This document shows positions 1-11,500 of a stretch of DNA of 64,000 nucleotides, in pieces. Source of the stretch: an uncultured Acidobacteriota bacterium (GTDB lineage Bacteria; Acidobacteriota; Blastocatellia; RBC074); contig CAWCKY010000001.1 in assembly GCA_963796275.1 (NCBI GenBank), forward strand, positions 224,001-288,000, written 5' to 3'. The notes beneath the pieces are model-generated. The model worked only from the letters and a program-made list of their open reading frames with translations. It ran no database searches and had not been told where the DNA came from. Position 1 is the stretch's first letter, and every line of letters begins with the position of its first letter. Both the position numbers and the translations under genes were made by a program.

Positions 1-380
1 TTGTTCCAGAGTATCGCTGGAAATTTCGTGTCGAGATGCATTTTTTTTTCGTAGCTAAGAAGGGTTCGGAGCTGAGACGCATTGACATCACATACAATAG
101 CCTGATACATCTTTCGCAGGCAGAGTAGTAGATGAACTACTGGTTAGTTGTACTCCATTAGACTCGATGATGTCATACCTATCCGACCTGTAACAGCCAG
201 TGGGTAGCAGCGGTGTTTTGAACACTCGGCTGAAATGCAAGGGAGATAAGGATTGTGAATATAAGTGTGTTAGCGATCTGTTTTTTCCACGAACCCTCAC
301 GTTGACCAAAGCTGTAAGCCATTAAGCTAAGAACGAAGTAAGAGTTTATTTGTTACAACCAATCTCCATGGAGGACATGA

Positions 381-1597
381 ATGAAAAACCCAACTAACAA
401 TGATCGGTTATCTTCGGCTGCTAATCGCCGGTCATTTCTCAAAGGAATCGCGGGAAGCGCGGCAATGCTGCCGATTCTCCCACATTCGCTCGGTCCGGCT
501 CAACAGATGAGCATCCCCGAGTATCTGATGAGCACGTCTCCCTTGATTCAGCAAACGAATCGTATGAGCGTCTCGATAAACCTGTGGAAGTCCAGGGCAA
601 CACTGTGCGACTTTACCTGGAAGGCTTGATGTTCCTCGCCCTGAATGAGCAACAAAAGCGCCTTGAAGCGGGCATTCTCAATTTGAATGATGGGCATAGT
701 CTGAGTGTCAGAACATTCAGTCGCGAGTCTACAAAAGCTGAGGTTAATTCCGATGAAGTCTGGGAAAAGGTGAAGGTTGAAACCATTCCCGATACAGAGC
801 TTCAGCGCTATGATCGGGGTGAGCTCACCGTACTTTGCGATGGAGGTGAATCAAAAAATATAGTCACACCGACGGTACCCGGAAGCCGTGAGATTTGGAT
901 GCCATTCAATTTGATCCCTGATATTGAAGAGATAGTCGGAAGCAAGGTGACGCTGGATAGAAGCAAGGTTAGGCCGGTGTTGAGCATTACCGGCGGCAAA
1001 TTCTACTCCGTACTCAGGCCCGATCACGTGGAAGAGGAAAAGCCACCAAAGAAAAGAGTAGACACGCGCGGATTTATCCCGAGTTACGTCTTTGAAAAAG
1101 ATCAGGTGGTAACGGCAAAAACTAAGGCGCGTGGAAAAATTGAGTCGCTAGAAGAGGTGTTAAGATTGGGAGTTGCAGCCAATGATCTTTCTGTTCGGTC
1201 GTACACGGCAGCAACTATGATAACTCTGAATAAAGGCGAGGAGCTGGTTTGCGTGCTGAAAAGTGGGCAAGGTGAGCGGAGGGAGCTCTTTAGAGTAAAG
1301 TATGCCCCCAACTGTGAAGCTAAAGTAGTAATAGCGAACGATGCCGCCCAGTACATCAACGGTTCACATGAACATGCTCACACTGGAGAGAAAAAAAGCG
1401 ATCACAGACATTCTTTTCACTTTCTACATTATTACGGAGCCATGGAGGTAATCAATGAGAAGAAGCAATTTCTCCTGGCTAATGAAGAGATGTTAGTGGA
1501 TTTTGTGAATAATCAGATTGGACCTCCACCGCCGCCTACCGGAGGTGCAGATCCCGAATGCCCGGCAGTACGCAAGTCAGGGGGATTGTTTACCTGA
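381..1597 (+). CDS. Tat-signal hypothetical secreted protein, split by a 1-bp deletion near 480 (joins ORFs 381..629 and 584..1597)
   Basis: RBS GGAGG upstream of ATG 381; twin-arginine motif NRRSFLK followed by a hydrophobic stretch. The frame of ORF 584..1597 is open back to 425. Adding one C to the run at 479-481 gives ...AAMLPILPTFA-RSGSTDEH...VEVQGNTVRLY. Confidence 0.65.
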
Positions 1598-2069
1598 ATA
1601 GAAGCATGCCAACAAGCATCAGTAGCCAGCATCTGTGAAAGCGATTACACATAGACAGACCATGAAATTCGCAAAGAGTCATGGAGTCGGGTTTTCACCT
1701 GATGCGGGCACTCTGGCGGCTACTGCGGTTTTCCGATGAATACGTAGGTTTGAGGTTGCTTTGCAATCCTCAAATATGCTTATTCATCTGAGCACGGCTG
1801 TACTCAATAGATGGTTCAGCTGCCCAGGTCAATTCACACGATATGAAAGAATAACGAAAGCATCTTCCTTGATTTTTGGATAAGAGTTCGTGCCGATAGT
1901 CCATTGCCCGGGTGTGGCCGATCCAATCCAGGAGTCTCCTGGTAGATCGAGTATCGCCTGCCCCGGAGCGATTGCTATTAACAGGGACGCCGACTGATCC
2001 TGGTAACTGAGAGCGAAGATATTTGATACTCGATGGTTGATAGTTCGTATAAGTTGTTGCTACTGCATA

Positions 2070-2174
2070 ATCAACTATCAACTATCAACTATCAACTATC
2101 AACTATCAACTATCAACTCTCAACGATCAACTCTCATCGATCAACTCTCATCGATCAACTCTCATCGATCAACT
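2070..2174. repeat. Heptamer tandem repeat (ATCAACT)x7, then alternating CTCAWCG/ATCAACT in the same 7-bp register
   Basis: Read directly. A degenerate 7-mer tail (TCAATTA/ACAATTA) continues to about 2216. Confidence 0.95.
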
Positions 2175-2364
2175 TTCACCCGGCATTCTCAATTAACAAT
2201 TAACAATTATCAATTCCTGCCAGATCGGCCAATTCATTCAATCGTTGTGCACTTGGAAAAATGCGGTCATAATCGGAATCTTGCTATTGTCCCCCCTTGA
2301 GAGAGCCGCCCTCGAGTAGTGCGGCCCAATTCAGCAAATTGAAAAACAATTTCGTGAATGAATC

Positions 2365-3132
2365 TTGATTCTTGCGATTATGGCAAAACCTCAAGTGATC
2401 AATCGGCAATTCGTCAAAGTAAGGCAACTGGACAAGCGAAAGCTTGTATTGCGTTTATTATTGATCATTATCGCCATAGCTCTTTCGTATCATGGATTAA
2501 TTTTGTATGGCGTCATAAGGTTGAGGCATACGAACCCATCAAGTACGAACTTGATGGAGCAACGCGCCGATTCAGTGATAGAGCGTGGGGGGACGCCAAA
2601 GGTAGGGCATAGATGGGTCCCCTACCAAAAGATTTCACCGCATCTCGTGCGCGCTGTGCTGATAGGCGAAGACATCAGGTTTTTTCGCCATTCAGGGGTC
2701 GATTGGATGGGCGTAAATCTCGCCATGAAGAAAAACTGGGAAGAGAAAAGGTTTGCCCGCGGAGGATCATCCATCACCCAGCAGCTGGCAAAAAACCTTT
2801 TTTTATCGCCCTCCAAAAACCCGGCGCGTAAATTTCACGAGATGATAATTGCCTGGGAGATGGAACAAATATTGGGAAAACGTCGAATCCTGGAGATATA
2901 TTTGAATGTGATTGAATGGGGTGATGGAATTTACGGTGCCGAAGCTGCTGCTCGTCATTACTTCGGAACATCTGCAGCTTCTCTCGATTCGGGGCAGGCT
3001 GTATTCTTATCTGCGATTATACCTACACCGCTGAATGGATATAACTCGACTAATTATTCCAGTTACATTCGATCCAGAATAAATATGATCAGGGATCGTA
3101 TGCAATCGCCGATTCCTGGGGCAAATAAATGA
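2365..3132 (+). CDS. mtgA: Monofunctional peptidoglycan transglycosylase (GT51)
   Basis: N-terminal TM segment; GT51 motifs EDIRFFRHSG, GGSSITQQLAKNLFL, RKFHE, LEIYLNVIEWG, YGAEAAARHYF. Confidence 0.9.
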   Translation: MILAIMAKPQVINRQFVKVRQLDKRKLVLRLLLIIIAIALSYHGLILYGVIRLRHTNPSSTNLMEQRADSVIERGGTPKVGHRWVPYQKISPHLVRAVLIGEDIRFFRHSGVDWMGVNLAMKKNWEEKRFARGGSSITQQLAKNLFLSPSKNPARKFHEMIIAWEMEQILGKRRILEIYLNVIEWGDGIYGAEAAARHYFGTSAASLDSGQAVFLSAIIPTPLNGYNSTNYSSYIRSRINMIRDRMQSPIPGANK

Positions 3133-3273
3133 AGATTGTTTTGGCTCCGGAGTATCCTGGTATGTCTATAGTATTCGATTACCCAAGTCTCACACGCTGC
3201 GAAGAATCGTATATAGGATTTCATATGTCGCTCCTACTACGGAGCTTGTGATTCCCCTCATAGAACACTATCA

Positions 3274-3813
3274 GTGAAGACTCTTAAATCCAGACAAACA
3301 CGAATTATCATTTTTTGGTGTGGACTGATCCTGGTGCTAGGTCTGCTGTTGCCGCAGGAATTGATCATTCCCGTTAAGGGGGCGGCGCCAAGAGATTGGA
3401 ATCCGAAATCATGGTGGTATGAACCTTGGGGCATTTCTGGGGTTCATAAGGGAATTGATATTTTCGCGACCAAAAAAACGCCGGTTATTGCGCCTACCTA
3501 TGGGCTGGTTATTTATCAGGGGGAGCTTAAGCTTGGGGGCAACGTCCTGTTCATTCTCGGACCGAAGTGGAGAGTTCATTATTTCGGGCATCTGAATAAA
3601 TCCAAAGTGGGGTTAGGCCAGATTGTCATGAGGGGGCAGGAGATTGGGGAAGTCGGAGACAGTGGTAATGCAAGGGGTAAGGAGCCACACCTGCATTACG
3701 AGATCAGCAGCTGGCTGCCATATCCGTGGAGGTGGGACACAACATCCCAGGGGTGGAAGAAGATGTTCATTCTGAATCCTCACGAATATCTCGTAGAAAA
3801 CCGGCGCAGTTGA
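3274..3813 (+). CDS. M23 family metallopeptidase
   Basis: HKGIDI (HxxxD) and PHLHYE (HxH) zinc motifs; N-terminal TM segment. Confidence 0.88.
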   Translation: MKTLKSRQTRIIIFWCGLILVLGLLLPQELIIPVKGAAPRDWNPKSWWYEPWGISGVHKGIDIFATKKTPVIAPTYGLVIYQGELKLGGNVLFILGPKWRVHYFGHLNKSKVGLGQIVMRGQEIGEVGDSGNARGKEPHLHYEISSWLPYPWRWDTTSQGWKKMFILNPHEYLVENRRS

Positions 3814-3890
3814 AGCGATTGAGGCTTCGGTTATCAGCGGAAGAGTTGGGATTGCGACCCTCCGCCCTCCCGGGACCTCGGAGTGGGTCG

Positions 3891-5835
3891 CTATTTCGCC
3901 AGCTCCGCCAACTCCCCCCATCGTTCCACGTCGCGTTCTAGCGCTTGATCGAGCGACTGCAATTCTTCGTACAGCCGGGCGACCAGAACATGATCGCTGC
4001 CATTGGCGGCAAGTTCGGCTTCGGCTTCAGCCTTGCGTCCTTCCGCCGCTGCTATTCTTCTCTCCAATTCCTCCAGTTCACGGGCTTCTTTGAATGAAAG
4101 TTTGCGGTTAGCCGATGGTGCAGGGGCATGGGTAGGAGCAACAACCGCTCCCTGTTTCTGCGCGCGATTCTTCTCTTCCGTACGTTCGCGTTCGCGGATT
4201 TCCAGAAAGAAACTGTAATTGCCTGGGTATTCCCGAATATGGAACTTCCCGCCCTCAGATTTTTCGAACCTTAAGATGTAATCGATGGTGCGGTCGAGAA
4301 AATAACGGTCGTGGCTTACGATTACCAGGCAGCCGGGGAAAGTCTCCAGATACTCCTCCAGCGCGACCAACGTGGGGATGTCCAGGTCATTGGTGATCTC
4401 GTCCAACAGAATCATGTTCGGTGCGCTCATCAACATCCGCAGCAGGTAGAGCCTGCGCCGTTCTCCGCCCGACAGCGTCGCAATCGGCTGATATTGCATA
4501 GTGGGAGGAAATAGAAATCGGTCGAGCATCTGGCTGGCTGTGATGGCGTCACCTTCGCTGGTGACGATATTTTCGGCGACTTCTCTGATGTAATCGATCA
4601 AACGTTGCGATTCATCGAATTCGCGGTTCTCTTGATCGTAATAACCGATGACCACCGTCTCGCCCCTGTCGATCTCGCCGGTATCCGGTTGCAAGCGCCC
4701 TGCGATGATCTCCATCAGCGTCGTTTTTCCCGATCCGTTCGCGCCGATGATGCCGATGCGGTCGCCTCGTTTGAACTGATAGCTGAAATCTTCGATGACG
4801 GATTTTTCTCCGTACATCTTGCTGATGTCTTTCAGACCCAGAATCTTTTGGCCGAGACGGCTCGTGCCGAATGCTTCGAACCCGACATCGAGCGATTTTT
4901 TCCCGGCGAGTTCGCCGGCGACTTCGCGCGATTGCCGGATCAATTCGTTGGCGCGATCGATGCGGGCTTTGGATTTCGAAGTGCGGGCTTTCGGTCCGCG
5001 CCGCAGCCATTCCAATTCGCGCCTGGCCATCTGCTTCAACTTCTGTGCTTTTACGGCCTGGCGTTCTTCTTCGACCTGCTTCAGTTCCAGATATTGGCCG
5101 TAGTTCCCGGTGAACGATTGCACGCGGCCACGATCGATTTCAATGATGCGGTCGGTTACGCGGTCGAGGAAGTAGCGGTCATGCGTGACCAGAAGCACCG
5201 CACCGTTGAATTCGGCCAGCCAGCCTTCCAGCCATTCGACCGTTTCGGCATCCAGATGATTGGTCGGCTCATCCAGAATCAGCAGATCAGGTTTGATGAA
5301 AAGGCTGTGCGCCAGCGCGACCCGTTTGCGCATGTCCGCCCGACAGCGAGCTCATCCTGGCATTCAGGTGCGTGATCCCGAGTTCGTTCAGGATCGCCTT
5401 GAGTTCATTTTCGATTTGCCAGGCGCCGGAAATTTCCATTTGGCCGGCGAGATCGGATAGCCGATTGAGAAGCTTTTCGTCACCACCGCCTCTCTCTGCC
5501 AATTGCTCGCAGGCGGTTTCATACTGCCGCACCAGTTCCAGCTTCTGATGCAGCGCGTCGTTGCTTCCGGCGAAGACGGCTTCGATGACCGTCTGGTTTT
5601 CATCGAAGGACGGGTTTTGTGAAAGGGTGGCGACTACTTTGCCGTTGGCGATGACGACCCGGCCCGTGTCCGGACGCTCCTCGCCAGCAATCACTCTGAG
5701 TAGAGTTGATTTACCGGAACCATTTGCCCCGATCACGCCGACTTTGCCACGGTCATCCAGGCCGAACGATACGGAAGAGAAGAGCGGTTTGATGCCAAAG
5801 GTTTTACTGACGTTTTCGAGCGAGAGGATATTCAT
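3891..5835 (-). CDS. ABC-F family ATP-binding protein (Uup-like), frameshift near 5334
   Basis: Two NBDs (GANGSGKS and GANGSGKT), LSGG signatures, LILDEPTNHLD, C-terminal coiled coil. One extra base in LSGG|MRKRVALA joins ORFs 5287..5835 and 3891..5333. Confidence 0.88.
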
Positions 5836-5839
5836 TCTA

Positions 5840-7048
5840 TTAGTTACTCAGTCGGTAGAGATGAGCCCGGCTGCGTATAAAGATCGAAGCGCCCGATACC
5901 GCCATCGATGCCAGCGTCTGCTCATCGAGCTGGTTCCTGGCGAGCACCTTGAATTGCTTGCCGGGCGCGATCACGACCGATTCCCCTTCTTCGCTGAGAA
6001 AGTATATCCGCCCGTCGGCGTAGGTCGGGGACGCCGAGTGATTGCCGCCTAGGCGCGCTCGCCAGTGCTCGGTTCCGGTCTTCGCATCGACACACGTTGC
6101 GATGCCGTTGTCGCTGACCAGATACAATTCCTCGCCGATCAGAAGCGGTGACGGCGTCAACGATACGCCGCGTTTGAGCGACCATGCGACGTGAGTCTTC
6201 GTTACATCACCCCGGCCGTCCAATCTAACCGCCAACAGCGAGGGTTCGTAGAATCCTGTGCAGATGAATACCATTCCGTGCCCGTAGATAGGCCGCGGGA
6301 CATTTGAAAATCCTTCGCCGTAGCTCACCTGCCAGAGCTCTTTGCCAGTCCGCGGTTCGTACGCGATGGCTTTCATTGCCCCCGGGCTGATCACCTGATC
6401 GCCGCCGGGAAGCCGGACGATGAGCGGGGTAGTGTAGGCTTGATAGCCCTGGCGCGGCCGCTTCCAGCGTATCTTACCTGTCTGCTTGTCGAGCGCAGCG
6501 ACATACTGGATATCCTGGCCGTCACAACTCACTATCAGAAGGTCGCGATAGATGACCGGCGATCCGCCGGGCCCGTGCTGTCCGTTATCGTATGCGAGAC
6601 GGGTCTTCCATACTATCTCGCCGGACAGGGTTATACAGGCGGTGCCATTGGCGCCGAAATGCAAATAGATCCGGTCGCCTTCTATGATAGGCGTGGGAGA
6701 TGCCTGGCTGTTTTTGGAGTTGATCGAACCAGCGCTTTTCATGCGAAATATCTCGATGTTCTGCAGGATCGCACCGGTATTGCGATCAACCGAGACCGCG
6801 CGCAGTGACTTCCCTTCTTCGGTCGCTGTCGTCAGCCAGATGCGGTCACCCTGTATAGCCGGTGAAGACCATCCTCTGCCGGGTATGGCAACTTTCCACT
6901 TCACATTCTTGTCCTCGCTCCAGGTCAAAGGGAGACCGCGTTCGTCGGAATGGCCCTGGCCGGTGGGGCCACGGAATTCGGGCCAGTCTTGGGTCAGTGC
7001 GGTTGCGGCTAGACAGAGTGTCAGGCAAACATTTAAATACGAGTACAA
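5840..7048 (-). CDS. PQQ-binding-like beta-propeller repeat protein (secreted)
   Basis: Signal peptide, DWPEFRGP motif, repeated SP...G..W propeller blades. Confidence 0.85.
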   Translation of the reverse strand: MYSYLNVCLTLCLAATALTQDWPEFRGPTGQGHSDERGLPLTWSEDKNVKWKVAIPGRGWSSPAIQGDRIWLTTATEEGKSLRAVSVDRNTGAILQNIEIFRMKSAGSINSKNSQASPTPIIEGDRIYLHFGANGTACITLSGEIVWKTRLAYDNGQHGPGGSPVIYRDLLIVSCDGQDIQYVAALDKQTGKIRWKRPRQGYQAYTTPLIVRLPGGDQVISPGAMKAIAYEPRTGKELWQVSYGEGFSNVPRPIYGHGMVFICTGFYEPSLLAVRLDGRGDVTKTHVAWSLKRGVSLTPSPLLIGEELYLVSDNGIATCVDAKTGTEHWRARLGGNHSASPTYADGRIYFLSEEGESVVIAPGKQFKVLARNQLDEQTLASMAVSGASIFIRSRAHLYRLSN

Positions 7049-7267
7049 GATTATATGCTCCGATTTGACGGAAATATCCCAGGGGATGTTTCAGAAGCTG
7101 ATAAGGTCGAAATGAAGCGCATCGGGGACACTAGATAATAACCTGGGGCGGAGCGAAGCGTAGTCTCCGACTGATCTCCATAAACCCGGCAGGCTGCTTT
7201 CACGGCCGATTCGGGGATTCAAGGAGATTATAAAGACACTATTTTAGCGTCTTTACCTCAAAATCCA

Positions 7268-8497
7268 TTAAACGACCTGGAAAACTTCGCGCAATCTCCT
7301 GGCGACGATCTCAACTTCACCCGGCTGCATCTGCCAAACGCCGACCGACATTTGTTGCTTTTCGGCCGCGGCGGGAGATGAACCCGGCGCTATCTCGATC
7401 GATGGCTTCCCTTCGCGCAACTGTTTGCGAACGTCATCGACGGTGATATTTAGCGTAGCTTTATCCCAGCTGAATCCGACGGTCGGGACATGGTTCGCTA
7501 TCGGGGGAACGAAGATTTCGGCGCTTGATGGGTTTGATCGCGGCCACGCTCTCGGTGATCGACTTTGGCGCGGCGCTCCCATTCCTTCCATTCTTTCGCG
7601 GCATCGCGTTTCAAATACATCTCCACGGCAACCATCATCCCTACCATCTCTTCTTTATTGACTTTCATGCCGCGCCCGATTGAATCGCTGTTCGGCGAGC
7701 AATTCAAGCGCGCCGCTTCGATCAGCTCTTTTCGCCCGAGCAGCAGTCCCGCGCTTTGCGGTCCTCGGATTCCCTTACCGCCCGAGAAGGTCACGAGGTC
7801 AAAACCCATCTTCGTATATTTCGATAGGTTCTCAGTCGGAGGCACATCGGCGGCCGCATCGTTGAAGGTCGGGATGCCGTGCTTTTTTCCGAGGGCGATG
7901 AATTCGTCGATCTTGATCTTACCCTTCGGATCGGCGTCGTTGAAGAAGAGCATCATCGCGGTCCGTTCGTTGACGGCTTTTTCCAGCTCCTCCGCCGTCT
8001 CGACCTCGATCATTTTGATCCCGCAGTTGCGTACCGCGTGATCGTAACCGTAACGATGCGTTTTCTGAATGATCACTTCGCTCTTCATCCCGGTCAGGTC
8101 CGGTATGCGTTTGATAAATTCCGGATTTTTGCCGGTGAGGACACGCGGCTGTTCCGACGGTCAGAGCGGCCGCGGCACCCGAGGTCACCATCACTGCCTC
8201 GCAGCCGATGAGTTCGGCGATCCGTTTGCCGGCGGCGTCGTGCAGGTCGTTGAGTGGGACAAATTGTTTTGACGCGTAATTCATCGCCTCGACCACTTCC
8301 GGCCACATGAGCGATGCGGTCAGCGTCGTGAATGTGCCGGCCCCGTTGATGAACGGCCGCACGCCGAGCTCTTTGAAGTAATCGCGGCTCGCGCGTGATG
8401 ATATCGCCGCGACCGTAGAGGTGTTGAACATTCCACCGAGCACGGGAATGCTCGACATTATATGGATGAAGTTACGACGGTTCAGCATCGTGTTCAC
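7268..8497 (-). CDS. SelA-like/DgaE-family PLP-dependent enzyme with Tat motif; three +1 frameshifts (about 8140, 7560, 7523)
   Basis: LGVRPFINGAGTFT, VTSGAAAAL, DAAA and the PLP lysine motif FSGGKGIRGPQSAG; N-terminal NRRNFI. Spread over ORFs 7919..8497, 7498..8088 and 7268..7591. Confidence 0.8.
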
Positions 8498-8569
8498 CTG
8501 CCTTTCGTGCCTTTGATGTAATACTGACGGTTATTTTGGTGAATTCTCCTAAATAACTCAAACATTCCT

Positions 8570-11500
8570 TCAAAAGATCAACTTCAATCCTAACTGCATC
8601 TGCCGCATCGGCGCTACAAGGTTGGAGATTGATCCCGGGCCCCGTGTAATACCGGCCTGCGTCGGAAACGCCCCGCCTGCGGTACTCGGCAGAAATTCAG
8701 GCGCCGAGCTAAGCGCTGCATTCGGCACGGCAAACTGTGGCGTATTGAACAAATTGAAGACCTCCCAGCGGAATTGTAGCCGCATCTTTTCCGTAAACCT
8801 GATATTCTTAAATAACGAGAAATCAAGGCTCTTGTATCCCGGGCCTTCCAAAACGCTCTGGCCTGAACTCCCGTAATGACAGAACTGAGACAAATATTTA
8901 TTGCGCGCATCTCCCGCCGCGGTCATCTTGTCGCCTGGCTGTAAGCATGTCACCACGCGGAAAGCGTCGGGATCGAACCATTTGTCGATAGTCGGCTCGT
9001 CCAGTTTGCCGCTGCTCAACCGGTCAGGGCGCGCAGGCGCCTCGCCTGTGTTGATGGTGTTATTCTGCGATACCGTGAAGGGCAATCCCGAGCGTAGCGT
9101 GACGATGCCGTTAGTCTGCCATCCGCCGAAGATATGTTTCAACCCGTTATATTTGAAAGCAGAGATAACCGGCAATTCGTAGAGGAAGCTGATCACGGCG
9201 CTGTGCCTGAAATCAAAACCGTAACGAGCCTTTTCGGCTGCGCGGTTACGCGGGTTCTGATAAGTATTCTGCGTAGCACCGCCTGACTCATTGCGCCCGT
9301 ACCCCTCCCCCATCGCTTTGCTGTAGGTGTAAGCGAAATTCATTTGGAAACCATGGCTTAGACGTTTCTGCGCGTTTACCTGCATGGCGTGGTACCACGA
9401 ATTGGCGTTCGAATCGAGCAGTCGCAGACGCAACAGCTGGCGGCGCGGTCCATCGGGCCCGTCGATAAAGAACGGAATCGGGCGCCTCGTGTTCGGTAGT
9501 GCCAAATCGGGATCGGGCGAATTGAGTTCCACTGTGTTGTCGATATGGGTGCCTTTATTACCGACATAGCCGACAGACAGCACCGCATCGAACGGCAGAC
9601 GCCGCTGTATGTCGAGGCTCCACTGACTGATATACGGCTGATTATTCTTTTCATCGAGCATGTTCAGGCCGGTTGCGCGTGTATTGTCAATGGTTCCGAA
9701 CGGAGCGGAGTATGTTAAAACTGGATCCACCGGGGGATTATTGATTACGCCGCCTGTACCGAGGTTGTCGAATGTGGCCGTTCCCGATTTCGGCGGATTC
9801 AGGTTGAGGATCGAGAAGTTGTTCAACTGATGGACGTTGTAGTAAATGCCGAAGCCCGCTCGCATCACCCAATTCTCGGTCCAGCGATAAGCCAGCCCGA
9901 TTCTCGGCATAAAGATATTTTTCGGCGCATCGTAAAATTCAAACGGCGTGTCGATCGCCGGAATCAGCGTCGGTAGACCATCGGTCAACGTCGTGAAACT
10001 GAGACTGCGCCATAATCCATCGATGTCAGTTGCTGATGAGTTGTACTCCCAACGCAAGCCCAGATTCAGCGTCAGCTTGCGCGTCGCCTTCCAATCGGTA
10101 AGCCCGTAGAGCGCAATTCGGTTCTGCCGCACGTCGGTGAGCGGCAATCCTTCAGGGGTTGACGTGCTGCTCGGATAACCGAGCAAAAATGCCGCGAATC
10201 CAGTGCCCGCGATGTTACCGCTGAAATTCAAACCTCCTCGCGGTACGTTTGCTGCGCCGCGGTAAAGCGCTACGCGGCGAAAATCGAATCCGAATTTTAT
10301 ATTGTGCGCTCCGCGGCTCCACGTCAGATTGTCGCTCACTTGATGCAGGTTGTTGAAGTCGAAACCATTGCCGCCGTCCTGCTCGGCGAGCACGGAGAAA
10401 CCGTTGATCGTGATCGTGGGCAATCCCGTCTCGCGCGGCGTGAATTTGCGATTGCCGTCATTGACCACGCGGAAGCCGTTCAGCCCCAGCGCTTCGGGAT
10501 CGAAGTCGGTGTTTGCCCGCGGATTGAGCGTGTCGTTTACCGATCGGTTGTACCCGTACCGCAGTTCATTGATCAGATTCGGATTGAAGATGTGAATCCA
10601 GGCCAGCGCCACGTTATGATTGCGCCCCTCTACGAAATAAGAAAAGTTGGGGTTATCACCGGGAAGCACGTTATAAGTAACGTCATTGAAAGCATACCTG
10701 ACGAAAATTTTATCCCCCTCCAAAAAATTGTGGTCGACGCGGGTGAAGAACTGATGATCATCGATTGTGCGCCGTTCGAAGCCTGTGAAATTGATGCCGG
10801 TTAGCGGATCAGGATTGTCTCGCTGCGGTTCGGGCCAGTACTTCATCAATTCTTTCGCGACCGGAGAGATTCTGTCGTCTGGGATGATGTTTCCTTCGAA
10901 TGGGTCACCGGTAAGAGGATCCACGATCTCTATCTTCTCCGCCGGCCGGCCTTGTGCATCGACCCGATTCAGCAGCGAACTGAAATCGCCCCGTCTAAAC
11001 GCGAGCGAAGGATGATTGGCTGTTTGCGCAAGATTCCCCTGGCGGCGCGTGCGCGCTTCGTAATTGGCCATAAAGAAAGTTTTGTTCGCGCCGTCGTAGA
11101 TTTTCGGAATACGAACCGGCCCGGTCAGCACACCGCCGAAATTATTCTGTCTGAGCGAATCCTTGGTAGAGCGCGGCGCGCCGGGGGCGTTGAAGTAGTT
11201 CTGGAAGAAATTCTCGGCGTCGAAGATGTCATTGCGAAGGAATTCGAATGCCGAGCCGTGCAAGTCGTTGCCTCCGGATTTCGTCACGATTACCACCTGC
11301 GCGCCGGAGTTGAAACCGTACTCGGCGGAGTAGCTGCCCGATAGCACGCGGAACTCCTGCACGGCTTCAGGCGAAGGGCTGAATGGGATCGTATTGACGC
11401 GCGCCTCGGTCGCCACGACTCCATCGATCGTGCCGTGCCCATTCGTTTCGCGCTGGCCATTGGCCACGAACGAGAGGCCGATGCCGGGAATCGGAATACC

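Noticed and set aside
1-309. ORF 88..309 and a possible minus-strand gene starting near 41
   Set aside because: No recognisable motifs, and too little sequence inside the window to support a call.
2037-2300. ORF with NYQLSTI repeats; possible CRISPR array
   Set aside because: It is the translation of a 7-bp tandem repeat; there are no unique spacers and no cas genes.
5330-5340. Programmed frameshifting at CATG sites (ABC-F here, lysC at 58659)
   Set aside because: Only two of seven sites share the context; no slippery sequence or stimulatory structure; sequencing error is simpler.
7268-8497. True selenocysteine synthase SelA
   Set aside because: No selB, selC or selD nearby; Tat-like leader; the RidA/amidohydrolase context fits the DgaE-like subfamily.
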